In this document: one piece after another, positions 10,018 through 19,860 of the stretch
Layout of the letters: every line of letters begins with the position of its first letter
How positions within the stretch are numbered: position 1 is the first letter of the stretch
Source: a virus
Reading direction: 5' to 3' (one strand)
IMG/VR virus record: IMGVR_UViG_3300042323_000705
Span: 9,779-73,778 of that record
DNA: 64,000 nt
Notes under the pieces: model-generated
Databases searched by the model: none
Seen by the model: the letters and a program-made list of their open reading frames with translations, nothing else
What the model was told of the DNA's origin: nothing
Made by a program: the position numbers and the translations under genes

Positions 10018-10807
10018 TCTTCAGCCTGTCAAACATTGCTACATAGTCTTCGATAGTAGAACCCTCTAGTCCGGGGGCAGTGTTTAGCTCTAGAGCATAA
10101 GCTGTTGCTTGCCTTTCATTGTAGATAACATCGACTGCACCAAAGTCAAGACCAGTTACAGCTAGCGCTTTTACTGCTTGCTCTTTACAGCCCTCTGGAA
10201 CATCGATGTCTTGTTTAGCAAAGATGAAACCATTTGCATGATTTCGGATTTGGTAGTCCACTTCCTCATTAGGTACATCTTTCTTTTTCAGCTTTTCTTG
10301 AATGCAGAACACACCTGCTTTACGATCTACGTGGAAACGAAACTCACGTTTCTTTGGAACGTAAACAACAAACATAGTGCCTTCAGCAATAGGGGCAAGA
10401 TCCTCTACTGTGTTTACTTTTACAATACCTTCACCAGAGTGCCCTGCTAGTACTGTACGAGCAAACAGTTTCTTAGGCTTATCTTCTGTTAGCCATTGTC
10501 TAGCTTGCTCTTTACTAAATGTAAACTCAGGAACATTAGGACCAGCTTCACCCGCTTCTTTAGCCAACTCAAAGAAGTTCTTTTTGTTACTAGCACGGTT
10601 AACTAAGCTAGGTGGGTTGATAACTTTAGTCAGCCGCAGGATATCTGGCTCCATAGTTGTAGAACCCCAGTTAACTACTGTTTTTCTAGTAGAGGGTTTG
10701 AACTTAGAGTTCTCCAAACGAATAACCTTGCCTTGAATACCTTGAGCAAGAGCAATAGCGCTGTTAGACCCTTGACGATAGGGGTAGACGAAGTTTTCAG
10801 TAGCCAT
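10010..10807 (-). CDS. ATP-grasp amide ligase (RimK/glutathione synthetase-like; phiEco32-type)
   Basis: GHSGEGI, REFRFHV, IRNHANGF, GLDFGAVDVI, LELNTAPGL motifs. Confidence 0.9.
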   Translation of the reverse strand: MATENFVYPYRQGSNSAIALAQGIQGKVIRLENSKFKPSTRKTVVNWGSTTMEPDILRLTKVINPPSLVNRASNKKNFFELAKEAGEAGPNVPEFTFSKEQARQWLTEDKPKKLFARTVLAGHSGEGIVKVNTVEDLAPIAEGTMFVVYVPKKREFRFHVDRKAGVFCIQEKLKKKDVPNEEVDYQIRNHANGFIFAKQDIDVPEGCKEQAVKALAVTGLDFGAVDVIYNERQATAYALELNTAPGLEGSTIEDYVAMFDRLKND

Positions 10808-10808
10808 G

Positions 10809-11636
10809 TTATTTAGTCTCCCAGTTGTTTAGAAATACCCAGTGTTGGATTTGACGAATACCCTCATACAAGGATTCTTCGAAGTTAGGTTTGCTGATTT
10901 GTTTTTCAGCATGAGCACCTAGCAGTTTTCTCACTACCTCTGCTCCACCGTTTGCAGACATACTGTTTAACAACTCTACAGGACTAGAAAATTCTTTTAC
11001 TGTATTCTCTTTTAAAGTCAAAAAGAGATCAGCCCACTCGATAACCTTATCTGCTGTTTGCGGAGTACGTAAAGCTCGGAACTCAAGAGAACCAAACTTA
11101 GAGACGCTAACAAGATTCATTGCACCATAGCGCAAATTCTCGTTAGAAAAAATACCACCATCGGCTAGGAAGTCTCGATGCGTAAGACAACCCATAATAC
11201 CTGTATTAACATAGTCTGCATCTGACAACCGCAAACAGAACAAATTACCTTGTCGCTCTTCTCCTGCATCCTCTGTTAGCAGATTCTCTAAACAGTAGTA
11301 AGCCGCCATTACAGTGAACAACTGCTTGATAGTAAGTCGTTGACAGTTGACATGTACGTGAACACCTGCTCGCATAGAGTCATTGACTTTACCATCTAAA
11401 TAAAGATAAAGATTCCTGACTTCTGCAAAAGCTACCTCCTTAGCTAGAGGCTTAGAGAAGACATATTCTTTGGCTTCACCACGTAAAGAACCATCGTTTA
11501 GTACTTTCCAGTAGCTATCTGGAATTTGAGTAGGTAGCTTTTGATTTGACTCTACCTCAACTTCAATTCCAAGATCACCTTCTTTGATAGAATGACCGAA
11601 TACCTCGTATACTTTTTTAGCGAGAAAGTTTGTCAT
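10809..11636 (-). CDS. Putative amidoligase (COOH-NH2 ligase, Amidoligase_2-like)
   Basis: GIEVEVE, DGSLRG..EYV, AGVHVHVN, RYGAMN, SLEFR motifs. Confidence 0.88.
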   Translation of the reverse strand: MTNFLAKKVYEVFGHSIKEGDLGIEVEVESNQKLPTQIPDSYWKVLNDGSLRGEAKEYVFSKPLAKEVAFAEVRNLYLYLDGKVNDSMRAGVHVHVNCQRLTIKQLFTVMAAYYCLENLLTEDAGEERQGNLFCLRLSDADYVNTGIMGCLTHRDFLADGGIFSNENLRYGAMNLVSVSKFGSLEFRALRTPQTADKVIEWADLFLTLKENTVKEFSSPVELLNSMSANGGAEVVRKLLGAHAEKQISKPNFEESLYEGIRQIQHWVFLNNWETK

Positions 11637-12222
11637 TGCCGACCTCTTTTGTGAACTCTTCTTCGATAAAGTTAAACGCAGTGTACAGTTTAAACTTATC
11701 GTCTTTTGTTAGATCACCAACAGTAAACCCTTTATATAGCAGCTTGTACTTACTACTTAGAGCAAAGTTCTTGCTAAAAGCAATATCACCATTACATTCT
11801 TCAGCTAGCTCAATAACAGTGTCAAAGCTTTGGTATCTGTTTCTTAGACACTTGTTGACACTCTTTGCGTTACTCTCTAACCAGTTTTCAGAGAGGTTGT
11901 TATAAGAACCATTACGAACATGAGACAACTGAGAAGAACGTAAACCTTGACGGAAGTCTCGGCGAATCGGAAGACGACTAATAAACATAGCTGTTCCCGA
12001 ATAAGCATCATTTACGTAACCTAGCTTTCCAATCGAGAAGTCTAGGTCTCTAATATTCAACTTAACTTCGTTTCGGTCTTCATCAAAGGCAATAATAGTC
12101 GCTTTATCTAAGTCATTAGTCTTAGAGTATATATCGACAATCTTGTAAAAGCCTTTTTCTTTACCTTTCATGTAACTAGAGTTAAGCCTTGACCTTGCAT
12201 AGCTTGCATCATTATTGAACAT
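11617..12222 (-). CDS. Hypothetical protein of the amidoligase cluster
   Basis: 201 aa overlapping both neighbours. Confidence 0.7.
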   Translation of the reverse strand: MFNNDASYARSRLNSSYMKGKEKGFYKIVDIYSKTNDLDKATIIAFDEDRNEVKLNIRDLDFSIGKLGYVNDAYSGTAMFISRLPIRRDFRQGLRSSQLSHVRNGSYNNLSENWLESNAKSVNKCLRNRYQSFDTVIELAEECNGDIAFSKNFALSSKYKLLYKGFTVGDLTKDDKFKLYTAFNFIEEEFTKEVGNDKLSR

Positions 12223-13057
12223 ATTGCGCCTTTAGGTTGTTAAAGATAGCTTCGCCAAGATAAGCCCAGTTGCTATTAATAATCTCTTGTGAGGGAAGAT
12301 TAATAGCTCCTTTGAAGAAGGTTTGATTATTGAGACCCTTCCTCTGCTTTTTATCCATCAAGCTTGTAATCGCTTGAATAGTAGTATCATACACAAAACC
12401 GATTAACTCGTCAGACTTCAACCATTGATTTGAACCAGAACGATACTCCATACCATAAGGTTTAGGACGGAAAGCACCCGCAGCACCGTAGATAGAACGA
12501 CGAAGAGCATCTTTGTCCCAAGCAAGAGAAGCTGCACCCATGTAGTAGTCCATTTCTGCGGCTAGAGCAGCACAAGCCTCGATATGCTTAGGGTCTCGAG
12601 TAGGTAACCCAGCAGCCCAACCAATATGCACATGACCACCTGCTGATCGAATGTTAGGATCAGGTAGCCTAGGGCGAGGATTCTTGTCTAGAGTATAAGC
12701 ATTGTAGTCAGGATCACAACCTAACTCAAGAGCTTCTTCAGGTTGAGCAGCCATGATCTCTGGAGAGAACTTGGCAATAGACGAAACTGACAGACTGTGA
12801 CCCTCTGGCAGCATTTCTTTTAGTTGAGTTAGTACATCATTAATACGATAGACGAAGTCCCTTTTATTAGTGGCAGGATCGATACCAAATTCGAGAGCCA
12901 TACCATCTACCTGAACCATACCGTTACGTACTTTTAGTGGTTCTGTTTTTGTTCCGGGAATCATTCCGTGAGCACTAACAAACTCACCTTTAGCATTAGT
13001 AACAAATACTTCAGGGTCACAGCCAATAAGGAATTCTACGTTATTGATGATAGTCAT
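12212..13057 (-). CDS. phiEco32-like COOH-NH2 ligase type 2
   Basis: IGCDPEVF, QVDGMALEF, GCDPDYNAY, RSAGGHVHIG, FRPKPYGMEYR motifs. Confidence 0.9.
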   Translation of the reverse strand: MTIINNVEFLIGCDPEVFVTNAKGEFVSAHGMIPGTKTEPLKVRNGMVQVDGMALEFGIDPATNKRDFVYRINDVLTQLKEMLPEGHSLSVSSIAKFSPEIMAAQPEEALELGCDPDYNAYTLDKNPRPRLPDPNIRSAGGHVHIGWAAGLPTRDPKHIEACAALAAEMDYYMGAASLAWDKDALRRSIYGAAGAFRPKPYGMEYRSGSNQWLKSDELIGFVYDTTIQAITSLMDKKQRKGLNNQTFFKGAINLPSQEIINSNWAYLGEAIFNNLKAQYVQ

Positions 13058-13074
13058 TTCCTAAGTCCTTCTAG

Positions 13075-14160
13075 TTAGGAAGCGTGTTTCCATTCTTTAG
13101 AACATGCAAGGCAGATAGGTGTTTCTCTATCCATCCACTTTACAAATCCTTCTACATGATCTTCGTATTCCAAGTCTGTTTGGCACATAGCACAACCGTC
13201 TCGAGCATCTTTGTCAAACTCCTCTTTAGTGATGTATGATCGATCCAACCAACCGGAGGCTGGACGAAAGGGTTCTTTTGATTTGTTAACCTCGCTAGCC
13301 CAGTTAGGCTTTTTATGGTTTAACAACTTGACATGCTTGTTAGCAAAGGTAGTTACAACGCCCGTACTCCGATCCCCATAAGAACTGTTGGTAGGCTTCA
13401 CTACTAAAGGGGCTACGGAGTTTACTTTTACCTCCTCGATTTTGTTGTCACCTAAAACAATCTCTACATGCTCGTTTACTGGAAACTCTTTAATATTTTT
13501 AACAAGTTCACTAAGTTTGCCTTTTACAAGAGCTACTCGTAGAATCCACTCTTCACTAGCATAAGCATAGACTGTTTTAGTGTCATTGTGAGTCAAGAAT
13601 AACGATCGTTCTTTATTGCGGTAAATATTGAAGGTTTTCTTTTCAGAATCCCACCAAGTCATTGCCGCTGCACCAGTAACAGTATCCATAATCTTTTTGA
13701 TAGACCAACCTTTGCTTAGAGCAAAGATTAGTTTTTCAGAGTCAGTATGGCCAGAGATAGCTTCTCCTGTCGGAAGAACCAACAGTCCTCCGCTAATAGT
13801 TCCATTATGGCAACCAGTGATTGATCCATGATGGAACGGATGAGCGTTAGTGGCGTTAACTGCACCAATAGTAGCCGCACGGTTATGACCCATTAAAAAG
13901 TCAAACCGTTCAGTCAGCTTATTATGCAGCATACCCCTATGATCAAACAACTCTGGAAATTTACGTGTCAAGTTAGAAGGATGACCTTCTGTCTTAGCAA
14001 CAATTACTTGTGAACGATTTTTCTTACCTACGAAAGACTTACGAAGAGCAATGCCCGTGGAGTCTTCTCCTCGAACAGTATCTAGATGTAGCATCCATTT
14101 GAATGCCTCAAGATGTAGAGTGGAAAGATTTGCTCCCACAATACCGACTAGTCCACACAT
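13075..14160 (-). CDS. Class II (Ntn) glutamine amidotransferase with C-terminal Zn-ribbon
   Basis: MCGLVG N-terminal Cys, RGEDSTG, GHNRAAT, NAHPF, HNGT, TDSE; CAMC...CLAC. Confidence 0.92.
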   Translation of the reverse strand: MCGLVGIVGANLSTLHLEAFKWMLHLDTVRGEDSTGIALRKSFVGKKNRSQVIVAKTEGHPSNLTRKFPELFDHRGMLHNKLTERFDFLMGHNRAATIGAVNATNAHPFHHGSITGCHNGTISGGLLVLPTGEAISGHTDSEKLIFALSKGWSIKKIMDTVTGAAAMTWWDSEKKTFNIYRNKERSLFLTHNDTKTVYAYASEEWILRVALVKGKLSELVKNIKEFPVNEHVEIVLGDNKIEEVKVNSVAPLVVKPTNSSYGDRSTGVVTTFANKHVKLLNHKKPNWASEVNKSKEPFRPASGWLDRSYITKEEFDKDARDGCAMCQTDLEYEDHVEGFVKWMDRETPICLACSKEWKHAS

Positions 14161-14762
14161 TATAGCATCCCTTGGAATTTATGTTTCATTAGTTCAGCAA
14201 AGAAGTCTACCGCATTTTCAGGGCAGTTTGAGTATTCTGGATGATACTGTACGCCTAAGAATCCACAACTAGTAGCTACTACTACCTCTGTAGAGCCTTC
14301 ATGACTTACGTACACTTCATCCGCGTAGTCTACTTCATGGATAGGCACACACTGGTGATGAGAAGAGTTGATAGTTAACCCTTCCCATCCTTCGATTTCT
14401 TCCTCATCCATAGCTAGTAGGCGATGTGGTGTTCCTGCATGACCTGAGATATGCTGGATTAGTGTACCTCCATTAGCTACGTGTAACAACTGTAAACCTC
14501 TACAAATACCTAACATTGGAATCTGCTTTAGTTTACCTGCAATAACTGTGCAGAAGTCTTGGTAGTCAACGTCACTGTCAGAGTAGGTACCTCTAAGCTT
14601 TTCAGCATTGTATAAAGAAGGAGAAACATCGTACCCTCCTCCAAAGACAATGAAGTCAGGTGTTTCCTTATCACTAACCTCTTGATAACCTAGTTTTCGT
14701 AGAAGACTAGCTACACCATAGTCAAAGCGACTCATTAGAAACTTAGCTGCCATGTTATTCAC
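14160..14762 (-). CDS. Class I glutamine amidotransferase / peptidase C26 (PuuD-like)
   Basis: GGGYDVSP, LGICRGLQLL, NSSHHQ, GVQYHPE (Cys-His-Glu triad). Confidence 0.9.
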   Translation of the reverse strand: MNNMAAKFLMSRFDYGVASLLRKLGYQEVSDKETPDFIVFGGGYDVSPSLYNAEKLRGTYSDSDVDYQDFCTVIAGKLKQIPMLGICRGLQLLHVANGGTLIQHISGHAGTPHRLLAMDEEEIEGWEGLTINSSHHQCVPIHEVDYADEVYVSHEGSTEVVVATSCGFLGVQYHPEYSNCPENAVDFFAELMKHKFQGML

Positions 14763-15741
14763 CTAGTTTGAGTTGTTTTGAAAGCATTTCGATTGGAGTC
14801 AAGTTGATAGGCACTCCATTCGAATCAGCTTTGTCTGTGATAATAAATGATTTTAACTCGTCAATAGCATCTTGCCACAAAGAAGCGTAGTCTACCTCAA
14901 CTACTTCTGCTGCAGTGTTAAACAGCATTGAGCCATTACCACGCATAATCTCAGAGAAAGATTGTTGTAGTTCAAACTCGTTTCTTCCTGTATACTCTTT
15001 AGCGAGAGGAGACAAGATGTAGTTACTGTTTGACGGCCAGCGTCCTTCTGTAAAACTAATCTGATTTACCCAACCAAAAGGTTTGTTTGGATCATCTTTA
15101 CACATATCTTTTAGTGCAGCTATAGACTCAGCGTACACTAGAGGTAGATGCGCACTATTAGAAGAGTGCAAACTATCACGAAGACTTTTTACTCTTGGAG
15201 TTCGTGTTGCCTTGACAGTTTTCTTGTCAGAAACAAGATTTAGCTCAGTAGCTACGAGTAGCAGTAGCATAGGGTGAATATCATAGCCTGAGGCTAGAAT
15301 ATCATAGACTGCATGCATAAACTTTTTAAACTCACTAGTACTTAAACGAGCTAACTGAGCAGCACCTAACCACTTAGCCGCGGATACGTCTACTCGTTTA
15401 ACGAAACCATAACGAAGACTTAGTACTGGGTCTTTACAAAGAAACACATCAGAGAAGAAGCTTTTATTAATTAGCCAGTCGTAGAATTGAATTGCACCTT
15501 GGTTGTCTACTAGTTTGTTATCTGCCATAGTAATAACAGCAAGAGCTTTGTCTCGATAGATTGCACTATTTACTGCTGCATGGCAAGCTCCTTGGACTAT
15601 ACCTCTAGTCCGATAACTACCTTCTGGATCATCATTGTGAGCAACATAACCTGTCATAGCATAAGTGCTATTTCTATAACCTTCAAAGATTTGATCGTAA
15701 AAGCCTTCAGCATGTTGACGTAGTACAGTTTGAATATCCAT
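14755..15741 (-). CDS. Hypothetical protein (first gene of the amidoligase cluster)
   Basis: 328 aa, GAGGT RBS, overlaps the GATase start. Confidence 0.7.
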   Translation of the reverse strand: MDIQTVLRQHAEGFYDQIFEGYRNSTYAMTGYVAHNDDPEGSYRTRGIVQGACHAAVNSAIYRDKALAVITMADNKLVDNQGAIQFYDWLINKSFFSDVFLCKDPVLSLRYGFVKRVDVSAAKWLGAAQLARLSTSEFKKFMHAVYDILASGYDIHPMLLLLVATELNLVSDKKTVKATRTPRVKSLRDSLHSSNSAHLPLVYAESIAALKDMCKDDPNKPFGWVNQISFTEGRWPSNSNYILSPLAKEYTGRNEFELQQSFSEIMRGNGSMLFNTAAEVVEVDYASLWQDAIDELKSFIITDKADSNGVPINLTPIEMLSKQLKLGE

Positions 15742-15767
15742 TTTAGGACCTCTTAGCTAGGTTAAGT

Positions 15768-15790
15768 AAAAAGCCCAGTTTTCACTGGGC
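15768..15790 (-). terminator. Intrinsic terminator
   Basis: Minus strand reads GCCCAGT GAAA ACTGGGC TTTTT. Confidence 0.8.
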
Positions 15791-16075
15791 CTTTGTTGAG
15801 GGTAGTTCTTTGTCTTTACCGCAAACATAGCGGCCAACAACTTCAAAAGTAAGAAGTTTCTTTTCATCTTCCATTAGCACGACAAGATAAACATCTTGGA
15901 AAGTTATAACCCAAGAATCTCTTAGACCAATAGAATGACTTACGATTCTTTCTACTTTTTCTCCTTCGATTTTAATGATGTCTCCTCGTTTAAGGGAACA
16001 CCATTCTTCATACAGAGTAGACATGACGTTGAAACTCTGTAGCACCTCCGATGTAGTTTTCCATAGATACAGCAT
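15782..16075 (-). CDS. Hypothetical protein
   Basis: ORF downstream of glutaredoxin; real start may be the internal MSTLYEEW. Confidence 0.55.
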   Translation of the reverse strand: MLYLWKTTSEVLQSFNVMSTLYEEWCSLKRGDIIKIEGEKVERIVSHSIGLRDSWVITFQDVYLVVLMEDEKKLLTFEVVGRYVCGKDKELPSTKAQ

Positions 16076-16238
16076 CTTTGAATACTACAGGAACTGTTTT
16101 TAAACCATTCTCTTGCATAAACTCAATCATAGATTCTAATGATAACTCTTTGTAGTCTAATCCTGCCTTTTTAGCAAGATTCTTTACCATTTCACAGTAA
16201 ACACAACGAGGAGTATCTCTTGTAATAAAGTAGTACAT
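16008..16238 (-). CDS. Glutaredoxin
   Basis: CVYC, TVPVVF and YIGG motifs; adjacent to RNR. Confidence 0.88.
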   Translation of the reverse strand: MYYFITRDTPRCVYCEMVKNLAKKAGLDYKELSLESMIEFMQENGLKTVPVVFKDAVSMENYIGGATEFQRHVYSV

Positions 16239-17923
16239 TATGCCTCACAAGATGAGCAAGTTAACAAGTTTCGAACTAACTCTTGAGCAGGGTTAGTTGA
16301 TCGTTGGTAGTACATCGTCTTTACTCCTAGGTGCCAAGCCATAACAAGAAGATCATGGACATCACTTGGAGGGGAATTAGGATGCACAGTAATATTAAGA
16401 GATTGCGATTGATCAATATACTTTTGCCGATCTGCTGCTTGAATTACAATTTCTAGTTGTGAGATTTCTCCGAAGGTTTTGAAAACTTCTTTTTCGTGCT
16501 CACTGAGAAACTCGAGGTGTTGGACTGAACCTCCACGGATGAGGATTGATCGCCATACCTCTTCAGTATCTTTTTCATGAGTTGCGAGGACACTTTGAAG
16601 GTAGGGGTTTTTGTAGGTGTATTTCCCTTTTGCAAGATCTTTCGTGAAGTAGTTACTAGCAAGTGGTTCAATACTAGGAGATACAGCACCAAGGATAAAA
16701 CTTGAGCTAGTAGTAGGAGCAATAGCCATGAGAGTGACATTACGACGACCATAACCTTTCAGTAGTTCAGGCTCACCAAACAACTTAGCCATTTCTTTAG
16801 AAGCAGCTAGTGATCTGATGTTAATAAAGTTGTGAATAGTTCGGTTTAGATCACGTGCTTCTTCTGATTCAAAGGCTAGTAGTTTAGACTGAAGTAAGCT
16901 ATGATACCCAAGAGTACCAATCCCGAGAGCGCGTTGCTTAATAGCGAAATTACGAGCCGCTTCCATAAACCTGATGTTAGCGGTTTTTTCAATGTACTCT
17001 TCCATAACAGCATCGAGGAAGAAAGCCAAGACTTCAACTGCATCTGTTTCCTTCCATTCATCCCAAGTAGCCATGTTCATTGAAGACAAGTCGCAAACAA
17101 AAGATTCATCTTCTGTTGAAGACAATGCAATCTCTGAACACAGGTTGCTTGAGTAGATTTTACGCCCTAGAGCCTTATAGACCTCTGGGGCTGCATTATT
17201 TACTGTGTCTGTCCAGAAGATATAAGGATAGCCAGATTCGAAACGTTTACGAATAATAGCTCCCCATACCTTACGTTTGTCTTTATCACCACCAAGCATA
17301 GATTGCATCCAAGCGTCTGTAATACAGACCCCTAGCGAAATGTCCTGAATCGGTGATCCTTCTTCTCGCATGTTGAGCCACTCGTGAATGTCTGGGTGCT
17401 CGACATCAAGGTAGCCCGCCCAGGCTCCGCGACGTGTAGTGCCTTGACTGATGACGCTTGTGGTCGTCTGAAACATTTCCACAAAATGTACAGGACCGTC
17501 AGCTGAACCACCAGACCTAATAGGAGTCCCCCTAGGACGAATGTGACCAAGATAGCCGCTAGTACCTGCTCCATGTTTTGTTTGCATCCCCACTTCTGCT
17601 ACTTTTTCAAGAATACCACCCATGTCATCCGGAACATAAACGTTATTGCAACTGATAGGTAGTCCTTCACGACCAAAGTTTGACCACACAGGAGAGGCTA
17701 GACTATAGAAGCCTCGTGACATGTAGTCGTAGAATTTAGCCTCTAACTGATCTACAAACTTGTAGTCAGCCTCAACTAGCATGTTAGAAACAACTACACC
17801 GAATCGTTTAGCGATGTTTCCTACTCGTTGTTGTACCGTTTCTCCGTTACGAAGATAGCTACCTCCTTTAGACATAAAATCGACAGTATCTTTTGTTACC
17901 CAGTACCAAGGTTCTTGCATCAC
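16238..17923 (-). CDS. nrdA: Ribonucleotide reductase class Ia alpha subunit (short, no ATP cone)
   Basis: PISC, SNLCSEI, IAPTTSSS, DQSQSLN, KTMYY and C-terminal CSSC. Confidence 0.95.
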   Translation of the reverse strand: MMQEPWYWVTKDTVDFMSKGGSYLRNGETVQQRVGNIAKRFGVVVSNMLVEADYKFVDQLEAKFYDYMSRGFYSLASPVWSNFGREGLPISCNNVYVPDDMGGILEKVAEVGMQTKHGAGTSGYLGHIRPRGTPIRSGGSADGPVHFVEMFQTTTSVISQGTTRRGAWAGYLDVEHPDIHEWLNMREEGSPIQDISLGVCITDAWMQSMLGGDKDKRKVWGAIIRKRFESGYPYIFWTDTVNNAAPEVYKALGRKIYSSNLCSEIALSSTEDESFVCDLSSMNMATWDEWKETDAVEVLAFFLDAVMEEYIEKTANIRFMEAARNFAIKQRALGIGTLGYHSLLQSKLLAFESEEARDLNRTIHNFINIRSLAASKEMAKLFGEPELLKGYGRRNVTLMAIAPTTSSSFILGAVSPSIEPLASNYFTKDLAKGKYTYKNPYLQSVLATHEKDTEEVWRSILIRGGSVQHLEFLSEHEKEVFKTFGEISQLEIVIQAADRQKYIDQSQSLNITVHPNSPPSDVHDLLVMAWHLGVKTMYYQRSTNPAQELVRNLLTCSSCEA

Positions 17924-18903
17924 TTAAAAATATCCTCTAGATCGAAACTTTTGTTGTTTTTAGCATACTCGACTGGACGCTTGTGAAAGAAATCTGTCAT
18001 GTTAGACCCTAGTGTTTCTTCTTCCATCCAAAGTGTTTGCTTTACTAATTCTTTTTCTTCTGTTGACTCTTCTAGTTTGGGAAACCCAATCTGTTCCATA
18101 GAGTCATTAATACGTCTTTTAATATAGGCTTTTAGAATGTCCTGTGATAAGTGTTTGTTAGTGTACCCTTGTAGGATCCAGTCGATAACTTTAGCTTCAG
18201 CTTCATAAGCTGCTTGGCATTCCTCTTTAATCCTTTGTTTGAGTTCTTCGTCGAATAGCTCAGGATATTCCTCTTTCAGTTTGTTGATAAGATAGATACC
18301 AACTTGTGCATGAAGCATTTCTTCATTTCGAGTATACTGGATTTGTTGTGCTACATCTTTTAACACGTTATCAAAACGGTTAAAGTGCATCATAGTATAG
18401 AACTGACTGAAAAGAGATACGTTTTCTACGAACAGAGTGAAGAGACAGATAGCATAGACATACTGTTTCTTATCATCTTTATATTTCTTTTCAAGGTACT
18501 TTTGTAGATACTTGACACGGTTAGCTACGACATCTTTCTTTAGATTCTCTTCGAATACCGCTTCTAAACCTAGAACTGTAAGTAACTTCTCATAAGCAAT
18601 GTTATGAATGACTTCTGAGTTAGCCATAACATAACCTAAGTCTTTAATAGCAGGATGGGGTAAGTGATCACCTAGCTGTGCCCAAAAGCTTTTGACAGCT
18701 ACTTCAATTTGACCGATAGCAGAAAGAGTGCGTACTACTACTTCTTTTTCTTCTTCAGTTAATTGAGTTTTGAACTGAGCATAGTCGGACTTGAATGAAA
18801 ATTCATTACTAGTCCAAAAGCCTGACCACATAGCATCGATGAATTGTTGTGTTTCCGGATAGTTATTAGGTTTCCGTGATACCTGTTTGTCGAATAAGCC
18901 CAT
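17920..18903 (-). CDS. nrdB: Ribonucleotide reductase class Ia beta subunit
   Basis: SEVIHNIAY, ENVSLFSQF, NEEMLH, DFFHKRPVEY. Start placed at MGLFDK (GAGGG RBS, phage promoter upstream). Confidence 0.95.
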   Translation of the reverse strand: MGLFDKQVSRKPNNYPETQQFIDAMWSGFWTSNEFSFKSDYAQFKTQLTEEEKEVVVRTLSAIGQIEVAVKSFWAQLGDHLPHPAIKDLGYVMANSEVIHNIAYEKLLTVLGLEAVFEENLKKDVVANRVKYLQKYLEKKYKDDKKQYVYAICLFTLFVENVSLFSQFYTMMHFNRFDNVLKDVAQQIQYTRNEEMLHAQVGIYLINKLKEEYPELFDEELKQRIKEECQAAYEAEAKVIDWILQGYTNKHLSQDILKAYIKRRINDSMEQIGFPKLEESTEEKELVKQTLWMEEETLGSNMTDFFHKRPVEYAKNNKSFDLEDIFK

Positions 18904-19096
18904 AGTTCCCTCGTCGTTTCTTATTGTAAATTGTCTCTGCTTTATAGCTAAGAGGTGAACCAAGTTTCAGTACTGTTGTTACAATACGTTCTTGTTCTTT
19001 ATTATGGATTTTTGTATAAACAGCAATATAGAACTGCTGCTTTACATAGGTTCTATCAAGTTCCAGCAGCTCGGCTGCTTTGTCCCACAAGCTCAT
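18866..19096 (-). CDS. Hypothetical protein
   Basis: 76 aa ORF filling the gap; contains the promoter motif. Confidence 0.45.
   Translation of the reverse strand: MSLWDKAAELLELDRTYVKQQFYIAVYTKIHNKEQERIVTTVLKLGSPLSYKAETIYNKKRRGNYGLIRQTGITET
18935..18957 (-). promoter_or_regulatory. Phage RNAP promoter (upstream of nrdB)
   Basis: CACCTCTTAGCTATAAA-GCAGAG; one of five copies of a 23-bp motif. Confidence 0.8.
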
Positions 19097-19394
19097 TTGC
19101 GATATCCTTTACAATAAGTGGGTAATCTTCTTCAGCAAGTAGTAGCGTTCCAGCAGCTAAATTTTCCTTATCTATCAACTGTTTATGCCTATGCTCTATA
19201 GTGTCATAGTTTGCTAACAGCTCTTTTGCCATCGTGTCGAACTTAGCATCAGTGATAAGACTCTCGTCTAGTATGTAGTATGCGTAGGCCGTGATCAGAT
19301 ACCACGGCACAAGCATGTTAGGGTTAGTCTTTGTTACCTTGAAGTTTTTTATACTTAGCAAGGATTTCTTCGATCGCAATCGGTTTGTAGTCAT
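19056..19394 (-). CDS. Stand-alone NAD+-dependent DNA ligase subdomain Ia-like protein
   Basis: AYAYYILDESLITDAKFDTMAKEL matches the YY..D.P.ISD.EYD.L pattern of LigA Ia. Confidence 0.7.
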   Translation of the reverse strand: MTTNRLRSKKSLLSIKNFKVTKTNPNMLVPWYLITAYAYYILDESLITDAKFDTMAKELLANYDTIEHRHKQLIDKENLAAGTLLLAEEDYPLIVKDIANELVGQSSRAAGT

Positions 19395-19860
19395 TCTGTT
19401 CTACACAAGCGTTAAAGTAAGGACCTGGAGGGCTATCGTTATTATGGATATGCCCGTGAACATTAACACCACCAGCTACAACAATACGCTCATGGATGCT
19501 AGCTTCATGAATAGGGACATGAGTCAGTAGAAGGTTCCATTCAGTAAAGACTCGCCACATAGAAACTTTTTTAAACCATCCACCTTTTGACAAGAATGGA
19601 ATATCATCATGGTTTCCTACGATCAACCGTTTAGATCCATGTAGCTTACTTAGTAGACTACCTAGCTCTTCATAGCAGTTCTTACCCATACCAACATCAC
19701 CAAGATGATAGACCTTATCACCGGGCTTTACTACAGAGTTCCAGTTATCAATAAGGCACTCATTCATTAACTCTGCATTAGCAAAAGGACGACCACAGTA
19801 CTGGATAATATTGTCGTGAAAGAAGTGAGTGTCAGAAGTAACCCAGATATCATGCGCCAT
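19324..19860 (-). CDS. Calcineurin-like metallophosphoesterase
   Basis: SDTHF, HLGDV, GNHD, THVP, HGHIH motifs. Confidence 0.9.
   Translation of the reverse strand: MAHDIWVTSDTHFFHDNIIQYCGRPFANAELMNECLIDNWNSVVKPGDKVYHLGDVGMGKNCYEELGSLLSKLHGSKRLIVGNHDDIPFLSKGGWFKKVSMWRVFTEWNLLLTHVPIHEASIHERIVVAGGVNVHGHIHNNDSPPGPYFNACVEQNDYKPIAIEEILAKYKKLQGNKD

Noticed and set aside
15748-15760. Partial promoter match ACCTCTTAGCTA
   Set aside because: Lacks TAAAG; explained as the GAGGT RBS of the minus-strand gene at 15741.
18904-18963. N-terminal extension of NrdB in the ORF track
   Set aside because: Overlaps the phage promoter; the RBS supports the start at 18903.
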